A stretch of 64,000 bases of DNA from an uncultured Bacilli bacterium (GCA_934130405.1 CAKOXX010000003.1:13643-77642); one strand, 5' to 3'. Shown: positions 29,845 to 39,013, numbered from the stretch's first letter. Program-made: numbers and translations. Notes: generated from the sequence alone by a model not told the origin.

Positions 29845-30941
29845 TTTTTGCTCCTTTCAAATATGCTTCCATAAATGGAGTTAAGTCTCCATCTAAAACT
29901 TTAGTGACATTACTTGTTTCGTATGATGTTCTATGATCCTTTACCATTGAATATGGGTGCATTACATAACTTCTTATTTGTGAACCAAATTCTATATTCA
30001 TTTGCTCGCCTTTTTCTTTTGCTAATTCTTGTTCTTTTTTCTGTTGTTCTAATACATAAAGTTTAGACTTTAGAACTTGTAATGCGGTTTCTTTATTCTG
30101 AATTTGACTTCTTTCATTTTGACAAGTTACTACTATTCCTGTAGGAAGGTGTGTTACTCGTACAGCACTATCTGTTGTGTTTACTCCTTGGCCTCCAGCT
30201 CCAGTTGAACGATACACATCTATTCTTATATCTTTTTCTTCAATGTTTATATCTATATTTTTATCTATTTCTGGAGTTACATCGACACTAGCAAAGGAAG
30301 TATGACGTCTATTAGAAGAATCAAATGGAGACAATCTAACTAAACGATGAACACCTTTTTCTTCTTTTAAATATCCATAAGCATAACTACCATCTACTTT
30401 GAATGATACACTTTTAATACCAGCTTCTTCTCCTGCTTGATAGTTATATAAGGTTACTTTATAACCTTTTCTTTCACAATATCTTAAGTACATTCTATAT
30501 AACATTTCTGCCCAGTCACAAGCTTCTGTTCCACCTGCTCCTGAGTGAATATCAATGGTACAAGAATTTTCATCATATTCGTTATCAAATAGTAAATATA
30601 TTTCAAATTGACTAACTTTTTCTTCTAATTCTTTATAATCAGTTTCTAAAGTCTTTTCTAATTCTTCATCTTGTTCACTTGATAACAATTCTATCAAATC
30701 TAATGCATTTTTAGTATCTCCTTTATATGAAATTATATTCTCTAAAATTGCATTTATGCTGCTAAGATGAGAAAAGACATTTTCTCTCAATTCTTTATTA
30801 TCCCAAAATCCTTCTTCTAGCTGTTTTTTTTCTAGTTCTTCTTTTTCTTTGACTTTTTTATCACAGTCAAAGTAACCTCCAAAGTTCTTCTAGTTTTTCA
30901 TTTATTTTTTCATAATTTTTCTTAAGTTCAGTTAATTCCAT
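29834..30941 (-). CDS. prfB: peptide chain release factor 2 (requires a programmed +1 frameshift)
   Basis: Frame 0 runs from ATG 30941 through 24 codons (MELTELKKNYEKINEKLEELWRLL) to CTT TGA C. The +1 frame continues as DCDKKVKEKE... into the 29834-30790 ORF, which carries SPF and GGQ (GAGGQGVN) motifs. Confidence 0.95.
30866..30880 (-). promoter_or_regulatory. RF2 autoregulatory +1 frameshift site
   Basis: The minus strand reads GGAGG TTA CTT TGA C, i.e. an internal SD-like GGAGG 3 nt upstream of the slippery CTT followed by TGA-C. Confidence 0.9.
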
Positions 30942-31117
30942 AAAATAATCTCTCCTTTTACTCACATTTTAGCAAATTATTATTTTTTAAGCAATTAAAT
31001 GTATATTTTAATAAATATCACATATTCTATTAGTGGGAAGGGTTCACGAAGTAGTGAAGATTCCCATTATATATAGATGATACGTTTAAGTATCAAAAAA
31101 ACAATGTAATCAAAAGA

Positions 31118-32044
31118 TTAGATTGTTTTTTCCTTTATTTTAGTTTTAGTTGCTGCTACTAGTGATAACTCACTATCTAATGAAGAGATAATATCTTCTT
31201 TTTTTATTTTTGATAGATTATTTTGTAATTTATCACACTCGTCACGACTAGTAGTTTCTGTATACATTTTTAACGATGGTAATAAGATGATTGGTTCCTT
31301 ACACGTACCTACTGTTCTTTTGATGTAGTCAAGTTGATAATCCTCTTTTACTTCGTCTATTATTCTTAATGTTGGTATTAATAAACCTGTACTTTTATAG
31401 TAATCATTTTTAGACAACTTTTGGACAAATAAGGCTTGTCTTTTACTCTTTGAATTATTAATAGAATCAGCTGCTTTCAATACTTGGTTTCTATCAATAG
31501 TTTCTTGATCATATAATAATTCACTAATTCCACGAGCTTTATATTCTTCTTTACTTTCCATTACTTTCTTAGCAAGTTCAAAACTAATATTTTCTTTATT
31601 TGCTAAAGAATTTAGTAATATATTTCTTTCAGCTTCTCTTTGAAAGCTTTCTTTTGAAGTTCTTAATAATATTATAGCATCTAATACTATATTCTTTTCA
31701 TGAAGTGAAGAATTACATATAACATCTCGCATGCAAGTAAGTAAGACTTCATCTTCTACTCCTGACAAAACATTTGCATAATACATTATATCTTCTTTAG
31801 AAAGAAATGAATAACATAATAATTTATTAAGTCCTATTGAATATTTATTTTCAACTAATTCTTTCAATTGTGATTTAGATAATTTTCCTTCTTGAACAGC
31901 TGAAAGTGACATCATTTCTAATATTCTATCAATAATAACTTTATCATTTGTTTCTTTAAGTAATTCTACTACTATGTCACTTTTTCCTGCTAAATTTATT
32001 TCATATCCCATTGATTTTAATTTTTCTTTTACTTCTTCAAACAC
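31118..32044 (-). CDS. hypothetical helical-repeat protein
   Basis: 308-aa ORF with a good SD (AGGAGG). All-helical, with no motif I can name. Confidence 0.5.
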   Translation of the reverse strand: MFEEVKEKLKSMGYEINLAGKSDIVVELLKETNDKVIIDRILEMMSLSAVQEGKLSKSQLKELVENKYSIGLNKLLCYSFLSKEDIMYYANVLSGVEDEVLLTCMRDVICNSSLHEKNIVLDAIILLRTSKESFQREAERNILLNSLANKENISFELAKKVMESKEEYKARGISELLYDQETIDRNQVLKAADSINNSKSKRQALFVQKLSKNDYYKSTGLLIPTLRIIDEVKEDYQLDYIKRTVGTCKEPIILLPSLKMYTETTSRDECDKLQNNLSKIKKEDIISSLDSELSLVAATKTKIKEKTI

Positions 32045-32109
32045 TTTAAACCTCCTAAAACAGCGTTTAAATTAGTATAGCACAATATTAGTGATTTTTT
32101 ACATCCCTT

Positions 32110-33084
32110 TTAATTTTGAAAATAAATTTGTTCTCCAGTAATTAAAGGATAATGAATTAAAGTACTACCATTCAAATTTTCTTTATGCATATCTACTGCA
32201 GTAATCTGGTGATTATTATAAGTTGTATAGTAATATATTCCCTTATTCGTATTGCAACAAGATGTATATATTGTAATTTCAAATTTATTGTTACCTAAAT
32301 CACAGCAACCTCTTTGTTGATCAACTGAATTTAAGATATGAAAAAACTGACTAACACTTGCTATCTCATTTTCTTCTGATAAAGAATTCATTTTAACAAA
32401 TGCTACTCTGACAAAACGAGACATGCTTGATAAATCTCCTGGTAGTCCTAATGCTCCTAGGCCTCTACTATAGGAATCAAAGTTTAGTTTATTGTTAAAG
32501 GTATTTTCTTTATTTTTTGGAGACAAGCCACTATAATTATTTAAATTGAAAAGTTGTTTATCAAAGGTAGGATTATTTGTTAAGACACCTACTGGATTGT
32601 CATATATCTTAAGTCCTTCTTTTACTGATTCTAAAGTAATGCAGTCTTCTTTATCAGATATAATCCAGTGCAATTGAGCAAGTGGTAATTCTTCACTGAA
32701 TGCCTCATTAGTAATATTAATTTTTTCTAATAGTTTTTTTACTTCCTTTACAGAAGAACAACTTCCTAATAAATAAGGAATTAACTCAAATTGAGCAATA
32801 TTTTCTTTATTTAATTGTCTTTCGTTATAATAGGCATTACCTACGAAGTTTAATCCTGCTATTGCTAACCCTTCTTCATTAACTGCATCATAGTATAGAG
32901 GATAATCATCTGAAATGAATGCCATTCCTATTATTGCGTAATGACTAGTCAAATTATTAACATTTCTAAATTTAAATTCATAATTTCTAGGAGTTATAGT
33001 AACTTCTTCTTTATATGAGTATTCATAATCTAAAGTTCTACCAAAATAAAAATCTTTTGTTTTATAAGTTGCAGCTGTGCACAT
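32110..33084 (-). CDS. choloylglycine hydrolase family protein (bile salt hydrolase-like Ntn hydrolase)
   Basis: Begins MCTAATYKTKDFYFGRTLD. This gives the Cys2 nucleophile after Met removal and the conserved FGR.LD. Length is 324 aa. Confidence 0.85.
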   Translation of the reverse strand: MCTAATYKTKDFYFGRTLDYEYSYKEEVTITPRNYEFKFRNVNNLTSHYAIIGMAFISDDYPLYYDAVNEEGLAIAGLNFVGNAYYNERQLNKENIAQFELIPYLLGSCSSVKEVKKLLEKINITNEAFSEELPLAQLHWIISDKEDCITLESVKEGLKIYDNPVGVLTNNPTFDKQLFNLNNYSGLSPKNKENTFNNKLNFDSYSRGLGALGLPGDLSSMSRFVRVAFVKMNSLSEENEIASVSQFFHILNSVDQQRGCCDLGNNKFEITIYTSCCNTNKGIYYYTTYNNHQITAVDMHKENLNGSTLIHYPLITGEQIYFQN

Positions 33085-33150
33085 ATTTTTCCTCTTTTCT
33101 TAATATTTATACTAGATTTATTATTTTAATAATTTCTATAAATAATGGCA

Positions 33151-33672
33151 TTATCTATCACTAAATTTCGAACAAATCAATAAGTCTTGTATTACGTCAT
33201 CTTTAGATATAAATCTATTACTTAATGTAGCCTCAAGTTTCATTCCAATATTTTGCGCTACTTTTATACTTGCTATATTTTTGCTTGGAATTATTGCTTC
33301 TATAACATTATAATTCAAATCATATAGTAAATAATCACTTATCTTTTTAAGTGCTTCAGTCATAAAACCATTATTAAAATATTTGCTAGATATACTATAT
33401 CCCAGTTCTATACACTTATATTTATAAGAGTGTGTACCACTAATTACTCCTATAACTTGATGATTTTCTTTATATTCTATTACCCATTGGAAATCGTTAT
33501 TTTTACAGGACCTTTTTAGATTTTCTATAAATTTTTCAGTTTGTTTCTTTGAGGTATGAGCTTTAAATGTTAAGTACTTAGTGGTAATTAAATCACTACT
33601 CCAGTTATTAAATAAATCATCTAAATCACTATCTTCTACTGGTCTCAAAATTAATCTATCTGTTTCTAACAT
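33151..33672 (-). CDS. GNAT family N-acetyltransferase (RimJ/RimL-like)
   Basis: TDRLILRP start typical of RimJ/L-type GNATs, and an acetyl-CoA motif region ...NNGFMTEALK... Confidence 0.8.
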   Translation of the reverse strand: MLETDRLILRPVEDSDLDDLFNNWSSDLITTKYLTFKAHTSKKQTEKFIENLKRSCKNNDFQWVIEYKENHQVIGVISGTHSYKYKCIELGYSISSKYFNNGFMTEALKKISDYLLYDLNYNVIEAIIPSKNIASIKVAQNIGMKLEATLSNRFISKDDVIQDLLICSKFSDR

Positions 33673-33738
33673 TTTAGTACCTTTCTAATATATTTGGTTA
33701 TTCTTTTTAAATAATATTTTTCTAAAACAGTATTTAAA

Positions 33739-34395
33739 TTATTTTTTCATCTTGTTAAAAAAGAATTTTTTTGTTCCGTGATAATCACGAGAAACTAGTA
33801 TTTCATTATCTTTAAAATATGTAGATTGATGATATCCCACAAGTTCAAATCCTAACTTTTCCATAATTCTCCAAGAACCAGAATTTACTTCAGCTGCTGA
33901 TGTATAAATGTCTGTTATGTCAACTTCTTCAAACATAAAAGTAAGAACAGCTATTGCTGCTTCTGTAGCATAACCTTGTCCTTGATATTCTGGGGCAATA
34001 AACCAACCAACATCTCTAATATTTTCTGGTTGATTCTTTTTTTGTTGACAAGTAATTTGGCCAATTAAAATATCAGAATTCTTTAAAAATACACTCCACG
34101 TAAACTTTTGACTATCTTCCTGATTTTTTACAGTTTCTATTTTAGATTCATAAAATACTTTTTGTCTTTCCCAATCACAAAGTTGCTTTAAAAAAATTTT
34201 TCTTGCTAATTTTAAGTCATCTAATTTATTTTTACTCAAGTTATTTTTTTTAAATATTCTATCTGGTGTTGGAAAATAATATTGATTTACATTCTCGTCA
34301 CTCAATATTTCCCACAATCTATGTTGTTCAGACATTGTAGGAATTTTTAAATCCAATCTTTCTGTATATAAATTTTTAGAATTAATTTTATTCAC
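33739..34395 (-). CDS. GNAT family N-acetyltransferase
   Basis: TERLDLKIP start and YQGQGYATEAA (Q/RxxGxG/A acetyl-CoA motif). It overlaps the upstream gene by 4 nt. Confidence 0.8.
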   Translation of the reverse strand: MNKINSKNLYTERLDLKIPTMSEQHRLWEILSDENVNQYYFPTPDRIFKKNNLSKNKLDDLKLARKIFLKQLCDWERQKVFYESKIETVKNQEDSQKFTWSVFLKNSDILIGQITCQQKKNQPENIRDVGWFIAPEYQGQGYATEAAIAVLTFMFEEVDITDIYTSAAEVNSGSWRIMEKLGFELVGYHQSTYFKDNEILVSRDYHGTKKFFFNKMKK

Positions 34396-34826
34396 TCTAT
34401 ATCTTCCTCAATATTTTTAATTTCATCATCTAATTTCATATCTATATTTTCATTTACTAATATATTATAATTTTCATTACATTCATCAGCTATACAATTT
34501 AACTTAAAGTTGAAAGTTTTTTTATCTATTCTTTCAACAATACATTTGTGATAACCATAAACTAAAGAAATCCAACCCTTTTTATCTTCATAAGAAATAT
34601 CTGATAAGCTGTCACTTATATCCACTTGTTTACCTACATTTAATTTTGTAAATAAGTTTCTATCATACGTTGTTTCTATTCTTATACGAATTCTATCTTC
34701 TACCAATGTGAGTGTAATGATTGGTGATTCTCCTTTTATAACTTTACCTAATCTTTTCTTTTGATATTTACCATATGATACACTTATCACTGGATTATTA
34801 TAAGTAATTTTATTTATTATTATCAT
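34392..34826 (-). CDS. hypothetical protein
   Basis: 144-aa ORF translationally coupled (ATGA) to the downstream GNAT. No recognisable family. Confidence 0.45.
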   Translation of the reverse strand: MIIINKITYNNPVISVSYGKYQKKRLGKVIKGESPIITLTLVEDRIRIRIETTYDRNLFTKLNVGKQVDISDSLSDISYEDKKGWISLVYGYHKCIVERIDKKTFNFKLNCIADECNENYNILVNENIDMKLDDEIKNIEEDIE

Positions 34827-34868
34827 ATAAAAATACCACTCTTCCTTTATATCAATTAATGGTAATGC

Positions 34869-35414
34869 TTAACCAATTGATAAGTTTTTTTCAAGTATTT
34901 TACCACTTAATGAATCTACAATTGGAACACTATAATTATATTTTTCTAATAATTTCTTTATTTTCCAATATTTTTCATTAAAGTTATTATCATACATACC
35001 TATACCTACTAGTTGATGATTAAGATTAATAGATTCATTCAACCTTATTTCTCCGGCATCACCATATTGTAAACTATATTTTCTTGAATCAAGGATATTT
35101 GCTAGAAATATAAAAGATATGTTGAAACGTATATAATGATAAAAAGCAGTACTATAATTTTCGTTATTATAAACGTATGCAAATTGTTTATTTTTAGGAT
35201 GAATCGCTAAACATATTTCATTATTATCTTGTTCATATATATCTGGTAAATTATTATAATATGAATAATTGTCTGATAATAAATCTTTTCTTGATTTTAT
35301 TTTTCTTGTTTTTAATATTTGTTCAAATATTATCAAGTCACTAACTTTTTCTTTGTAAAATTCAAGATTTATTCCGTGAAAAATTTTATCTTCTATATTT
35401 ATCTTGTTAATCAT
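34869..35414 (-). CDS. hypothetical protein
   Basis: 181-aa ORF with no recognisable family. Weak H...Y...E spacing (FHGINL ... YHYIRF ... GEIRL) is noted under findings only. Confidence 0.45.
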   Translation of the reverse strand: MINKINIEDKIFHGINLEFYKEKVSDLIIFEQILKTRKIKSRKDLLSDNYSYYNNLPDIYEQDNNEICLAIHPKNKQFAYVYNNENYSTAFYHYIRFNISFIFLANILDSRKYSLQYGDAGEIRLNESINLNHQLVGIGMYDNNFNEKYWKIKKLLEKYNYSVPIVDSLSGKILEKNLSIG

Positions 35415-35451
35415 AGCTCAAATCACCTTGTTATATATTCCCTTATTCTAT

Positions 35452-35966
35452 TTATATTTTGTTCCTGATAAGTAGCTTTCTCATTAATTGATAAATTCTA
35501 TTTGCTTGCCAATCTATTTTCTCTTGATGAGCTTCATTAGTTTTTAATCTCTCAAATTCAGTTATTAAATATAATTTAAACTCTGGAGATAGCCAACTTG
35601 CAAATTCAAATGCAATATCTGGATGGGCATATGTTCCAATACTATATCGCCCGCCTTTTGAAATTATTCCTTAGTTCTTTTTATCCATTGTGTCGGTGAC
35701 ATTGCAAACGAGTTTCTACCGTACTCAGTTTTAATTTAGTCGAATTCGACCAAATTAAAATCTTGATTATGAATTTCTTCTCATAGTCCAATATAATCAA
35801 TAGTATTTATTCTTCTTAACCAGTTTTTAACTGTAAAAGATGGATTACTTGAATTTTGATATTTTGCTAAATCAGTTAAAGAAATGTAATTAACATTTCC
35901 AACTCTTAGTATTACCACCTTATTTTCTTTAACTATTATTTCTACTGTTACTAAATCTTTTTTCAA
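35452..35966 (-). pseudogene. KilA-N domain protein gene, inactivated
   Basis: The N-terminus (35781-35966, ...ISLTDLAKY...NWLRRINTIDYIGL) is interrupted by an in-frame TGA at the expected Trp of GLWE. A TAA then replaces an expected Gln codon. After a frameshift, an open frame reads GIISKGGRYSIGTYAHPDIAFEFASWLSPEFKLYLITEFERLK... Confidence 0.7.
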
Positions 35967-35989
35967 TATTTTTTTCTCCTTTCTATTTA

Positions 35990-36033
35990 GATTTTAAAAG
36001 GTGTCAACAAATATAATAATTGTTCACACCTTT
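35990..36033 (-). terminator. strong hairpin, probable ancestral secA terminator
   Basis: 14-bp stem with one mismatch (AAAGGTGTCAACAA / TTGTTCACACCTTT) about 95 nt downstream of the displaced SEC-C remnant. The T-run is short on the minus strand (TTTT). Confidence 0.4.
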
Positions 36034-36115
36034 ATTTTACTACATATTTTTAATATTTCGTAGACAAGTTATAAAACTCAAACCTATTTCTCTTTTTAAA
36101 AATTTAAATTCTTCA

Positions 36116-36186
36116 CTTATTTTATGTTACTTTCCACAACAGTTTTTATACTTTTTGCCGCTTCCACAAGTTGTAGAAACTCCCAT
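36116..36186 (-). pseudogene. displaced remnant of a secA 3' end (SEC-C motif)
   Basis: The minus strand reads ATG GGA GTT TCT ACA ACT TGT GGA AGC GGC AAA AAG TAT AAA AAC TGT TGT GGA AAG TAA, i.e. ...CGSGKKYKNCCGK-stop. Of the last 42 nt, 33 are identical to the real secA end (39374-39415). Both copies are followed by CATAAAATAAG. Confidence 0.65.
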
Positions 36187-36301
36187 ATTTATAATACTTA
36201 TAATATTTATAATATTATTGATATTTCAATGTTTTATCGTTTTGGGAACCTATTATATTTATAATATTTATAGTATTTTGGTTATTATAAATATTTCTCT
36301 C

Positions 36302-36330
36302 TTGCAAACAAATTGCAAACAATGTTTGCA
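36302..36330. repeat. TTGCAAACA repeat cluster A (two direct copies plus one inverted)
   Basis: TTGCAAACA-AA-TTGCAAACA-A-TGTTTGCA. The first 20 nt are identical to 39293-39312. Confidence 0.8.
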
Positions 36331-36696
36331 TTCATTTACTACGGTCATTATACTATCTATATCATATATTTACCAATGTGCGTTTTGTATTTTTGCACAT
36401 TTATTATACTATAAATATTTGTTTTTATCAATGAATCTATCCAATTATTTATATTTAATAATTTCTTCTATAATTTCAGATTTTGTTATCTTATCAAAAA
36501 CATCAGTTGCTAATTGTTTAGATTTTTCTGTACTTGAAATATAGTGATTTTCTAATAAATATTTAACAACTTCATTATTTTTATTTTATTTCATACAAAA
36601 ATCCTTCCTCGGTTCTATATTTCTATATTAACATGGAAAGGATTTTCTCTTTACAAAAAAGTATTTACAGACTCACTTTTAATCATCTTTTTAAAT

Positions 36697-37680
36697 TTAT
36701 TTTATTTGTTTATCAATTCTAGTTTCAATATGTTTTACTAACTTTATACTTGATTCAACTTCATTAGTTGTGTGTCCAGTAAACTCAGATAATTTTTTAA
36801 CATCACTATTAGAAGAAAGACAATATCTTCCTGCATAAATAACTTCACTAATTGTTATTAATGCTTCATTTTTATTTTGCTCATTAGAAATTGTTTCTCT
36901 TATAGTTTCACCAACGATTTTAATTATTTTTTTAGGCTCTTCGGCTAATTTTACACTATCTTCAAGACTACTTACTTCCCCTAAAGGATATAATTTATTA
37001 ACTCTTTGTTGTAATTCTAATGATAATGGCATATTTTCTTTTTCACATATTCTAAAGCCATAATTATCTCCTAAAGATATGCCAAACTCAGCTAAAATAC
37101 ATATCATTGTTTGAACTTTTATATTGATATCTTCTTTGGTAAAATCAGGATTTTCATCATAAAATAACTTATACATTTCTATTAATGCTTTGTCATCTGT
37201 ACCTAAAACAATGGTTGTGGTATTCTTTAAATAATAAATTTGTTGCATAATTTCAGTAATTTCTTTAGATACTAATTCAATACCTGGATAATCTACTACA
37301 TCGGTTGCATGATTATTGTAATCTAATTTTATACCATAAGGTAGTTCATATTTAATTTTATATTTATCAGAATAATCGCTATTTTCTTCTTTTTTGCTTC
37401 TGCTATATAAGAATAAATTAGAATTATCATACTTAACATGTTCTGAACCTTTTTCATCTTGATAAAAAATATCTAATAACTTTTCTTCACAATCTTTCAA
37501 TATCGTTCTTACAATGCGAACATTTTCTATCATATAATTATGTCTATGATTATTTATAAAATCTTCTAATAATACATCAATCTTGTCTAAATCCGTATTA
37601 TCACTTGATATACCTTTGTATCTTACTTCTATACTACCTTTTGCAAAATTTAATGTTTTACTAATACTTATTGGTTTCAT
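36697..37680 (-). CDS. hypothetical protein (327 aa), cargo of the decayed element
   Basis: Intact ORF with an AGGAGGAG SD. The C-terminal half (KVQTMICILAEFGISLGDNYGFRICEKENMPLSLEL...) faintly resembles DUF4065/Panacea-type domains, but this is not secure. Confidence 0.5.
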   Translation of the reverse strand: MKPISISKTLNFAKGSIEVRYKGISSDNTDLDKIDVLLEDFINNHRHNYMIENVRIVRTILKDCEEKLLDIFYQDEKGSEHVKYDNSNLFLYSRSKKEENSDYSDKYKIKYELPYGIKLDYNNHATDVVDYPGIELVSKEITEIMQQIYYLKNTTTIVLGTDDKALIEMYKLFYDENPDFTKEDINIKVQTMICILAEFGISLGDNYGFRICEKENMPLSLELQQRVNKLYPLGEVSSLEDSVKLAEEPKKIIKIVGETIRETISNEQNKNEALITISEVIYAGRYCLSSNSDVKKLSEFTGHTTNEVESSIKLVKHIETRIDKQIK

Positions 37681-37811
37681 TAAATCTCCTCCTAAATTGC
37701 TGTATATAATAGCAAAGGTTAGTTAAAATGTCAAATTCTATAATTCCATTAATATTTTTCAATAATCTTTTTTTACAATAGATATCTATTTTTCTTAAAA
37801 TAAATTTAGAT

Positions 37812-38027
37812 CTAAGTGATACCATACAATTTTTTTAACTTGTCCTGTTTTAATTTAAAATTATTCAATGCCATATATAATGTTTGACTAATATGAATTT
37901 TGCGAGTTCCTGTTTCTGTTTTTGTTGTACCTATAAACCATCTACCTTTTTCATCTTTTGGTTTATCATATACATTATGTTTGATAGATATTATTCCATT
38001 TTCTAAATCAATATCATCCCAAGTCAA
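37812..38027 (-). pseudogene. tyrosine recombinase fragment (start of the catalytic domain only)
   Basis: ...LTWDDIDLENGIISI...TKTETGTRKIHISQTLYMAL... is the conserved beginning of phage-integrase catalytic domains. It stops before the H-x-x-R/Y region. Confidence 0.7.
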
Positions 38028-38100
38028 AGCAAATAAAAAGACCAGAATTTTTTTCTGATATACACATATAAATTATTTTTCATATTTATTGTTATAACAG

Positions 38101-38697
38101 TTATTTAAGCTTATTTATTTTATCATTAAACTCAATTAATGATTTTTCGACATCTATTAAATATCTTTTATAAGTTACATTATCTCTATCTTTAACTTTA
38201 TCTATATATTCTCCAAAATTATTTTCAATTATCTTAGATGATCCTATATTATCTTCTTTACAAGTAATCATCACTTTACTAAGGTCATTTTCTTGTGCCT
38301 TTTCAAGTAACAAATGACAAAAATAAGTACCGAAACCTTTCCCTCTCTTATCAGGTCTTATTCCATAACCAATGTGCCCACCTGTTTCTTTTAAAATATT
38401 ATTACATTCAGGATTAATCCTTAACGAACCACTTCCTATAATCTCATTGTCATAAATTAAATAATATAAAAATATTGATACTCCACTATAGCATTCTTTA
38501 TCAGAGAATCCTTTACTATCATTTATTATATTATTTAACCAATATCCAAAATTAATATTTACCCACGAACTTAAACTTTTTTCTGATATACACCCTAGCT
38601 CAAATAATTTTTTTTCATAATTTATTATCATCTCTTTATCATTTTGATTAGGAAATTTTAAAAATAATTTATTATAATCAATAAAATCATTATTCAT
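38101..38697 (-). CDS. GNAT family N-acetyltransferase
   Basis: IGYGIRPDKRGKGFGTYFCHLLL acetyl-CoA binding motif; 198 aa. Confidence 0.8.
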   Translation of the reverse strand: MNNDFIDYNKLFLKFPNQNDKEMIINYEKKLFELGCISEKSLSSWVNINFGYWLNNIINDSKGFSDKECYSGVSIFLYYLIYDNEIIGSGSLRINPECNNILKETGGHIGYGIRPDKRGKGFGTYFCHLLLEKAQENDLSKVMITCKEDNIGSSKIIENNFGEYIDKVKDRDNVTYKRYLIDVEKSLIEFNDKINKLK

Positions 38698-38779
38698 TCT
38701 AAACCTCCAAAAATTTTAATACAACTTATCTTTTTATCTTTATATCACTATACACTAAATAATTGATTATTTAAAATAT

Positions 38780-39013
38780 TTACAAAAACTTTTTTCTTAT
38801 TTCATTAATTAATTTACTAATCTCTGAGTAATATAATTTTAAATCATTAAAATATATCTCCCAAGTTGTATTAGCAATCTTTGCAATTTGATTTATATTG
38901 ATTCCAATGTTATTAATTTTATTTAATAAGTCATAGAATTCTTTAGGTGGAACTTCTTTAAAAATAATATTATTTAAACTAGATCTAATAACTTCATTTG
39001 CACTTAATCCAGT
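38780..39013 (-). pseudogene. MobC-like mobilization protein, C-terminal fragment
   Basis: An open frame without a start reads TGLSANEVIRSSL...LLNKINNIGININQIAKIANTTWEIY...LINEIRKKFL-stop. The IGxNxNQIAK..N core is the MobC relaxosome-protein signature. It is fused at its 5' side to the integrase fragment's stop. Confidence 0.55.

Noticed and set aside
31040-31075. Inverted repeat TGGGAA...TTCCCA in the prfB-upstream intergenic region, considered as a terminator or riboswitch-like element.
   Set aside because: It has only a 6-bp stem, a ~21-nt loop and no T-run on the minus strand. It is not distinguishable from chance.
35781-35783. Possibility that TGA encodes Trp (genetic code 4), raised by TGA at the conserved Trp of the KilA-N GLWE motif.
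   Set aside because: The genome encodes RF2 with a TGA-dependent frameshift site. Trp is encoded by TGG elsewhere in the same pseudogene and throughout the window. The same gene also carries a TAA and a frameshift. The TGA is therefore a simple inactivating G-to-A mutation.
36020-36544. 174-aa plus-strand ORF in the non-coding gap of the decayed element.
   Set aside because: It has a TTG start without an SD and its product is almost pure Ile/Leu/Phe/Tyr low complexity. It also runs antisense through the SEC-C remnant and the TTGCAAACA repeats. It is best explained as a chance open frame in AT-rich decayed DNA.
36444-36594. Small minus-strand ORF downstream of the 327-aa gene (ATG AAA TAA ... 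NNEVVKYLLENHYISSTEKSKQLATDVFDKITKI).
   Set aside because: An in-frame TAA occurs at codon 3 and the ORF terminates early at a TGA. There is no alternative start with an SD. It is probably another decayed fragment, but too short to identify.
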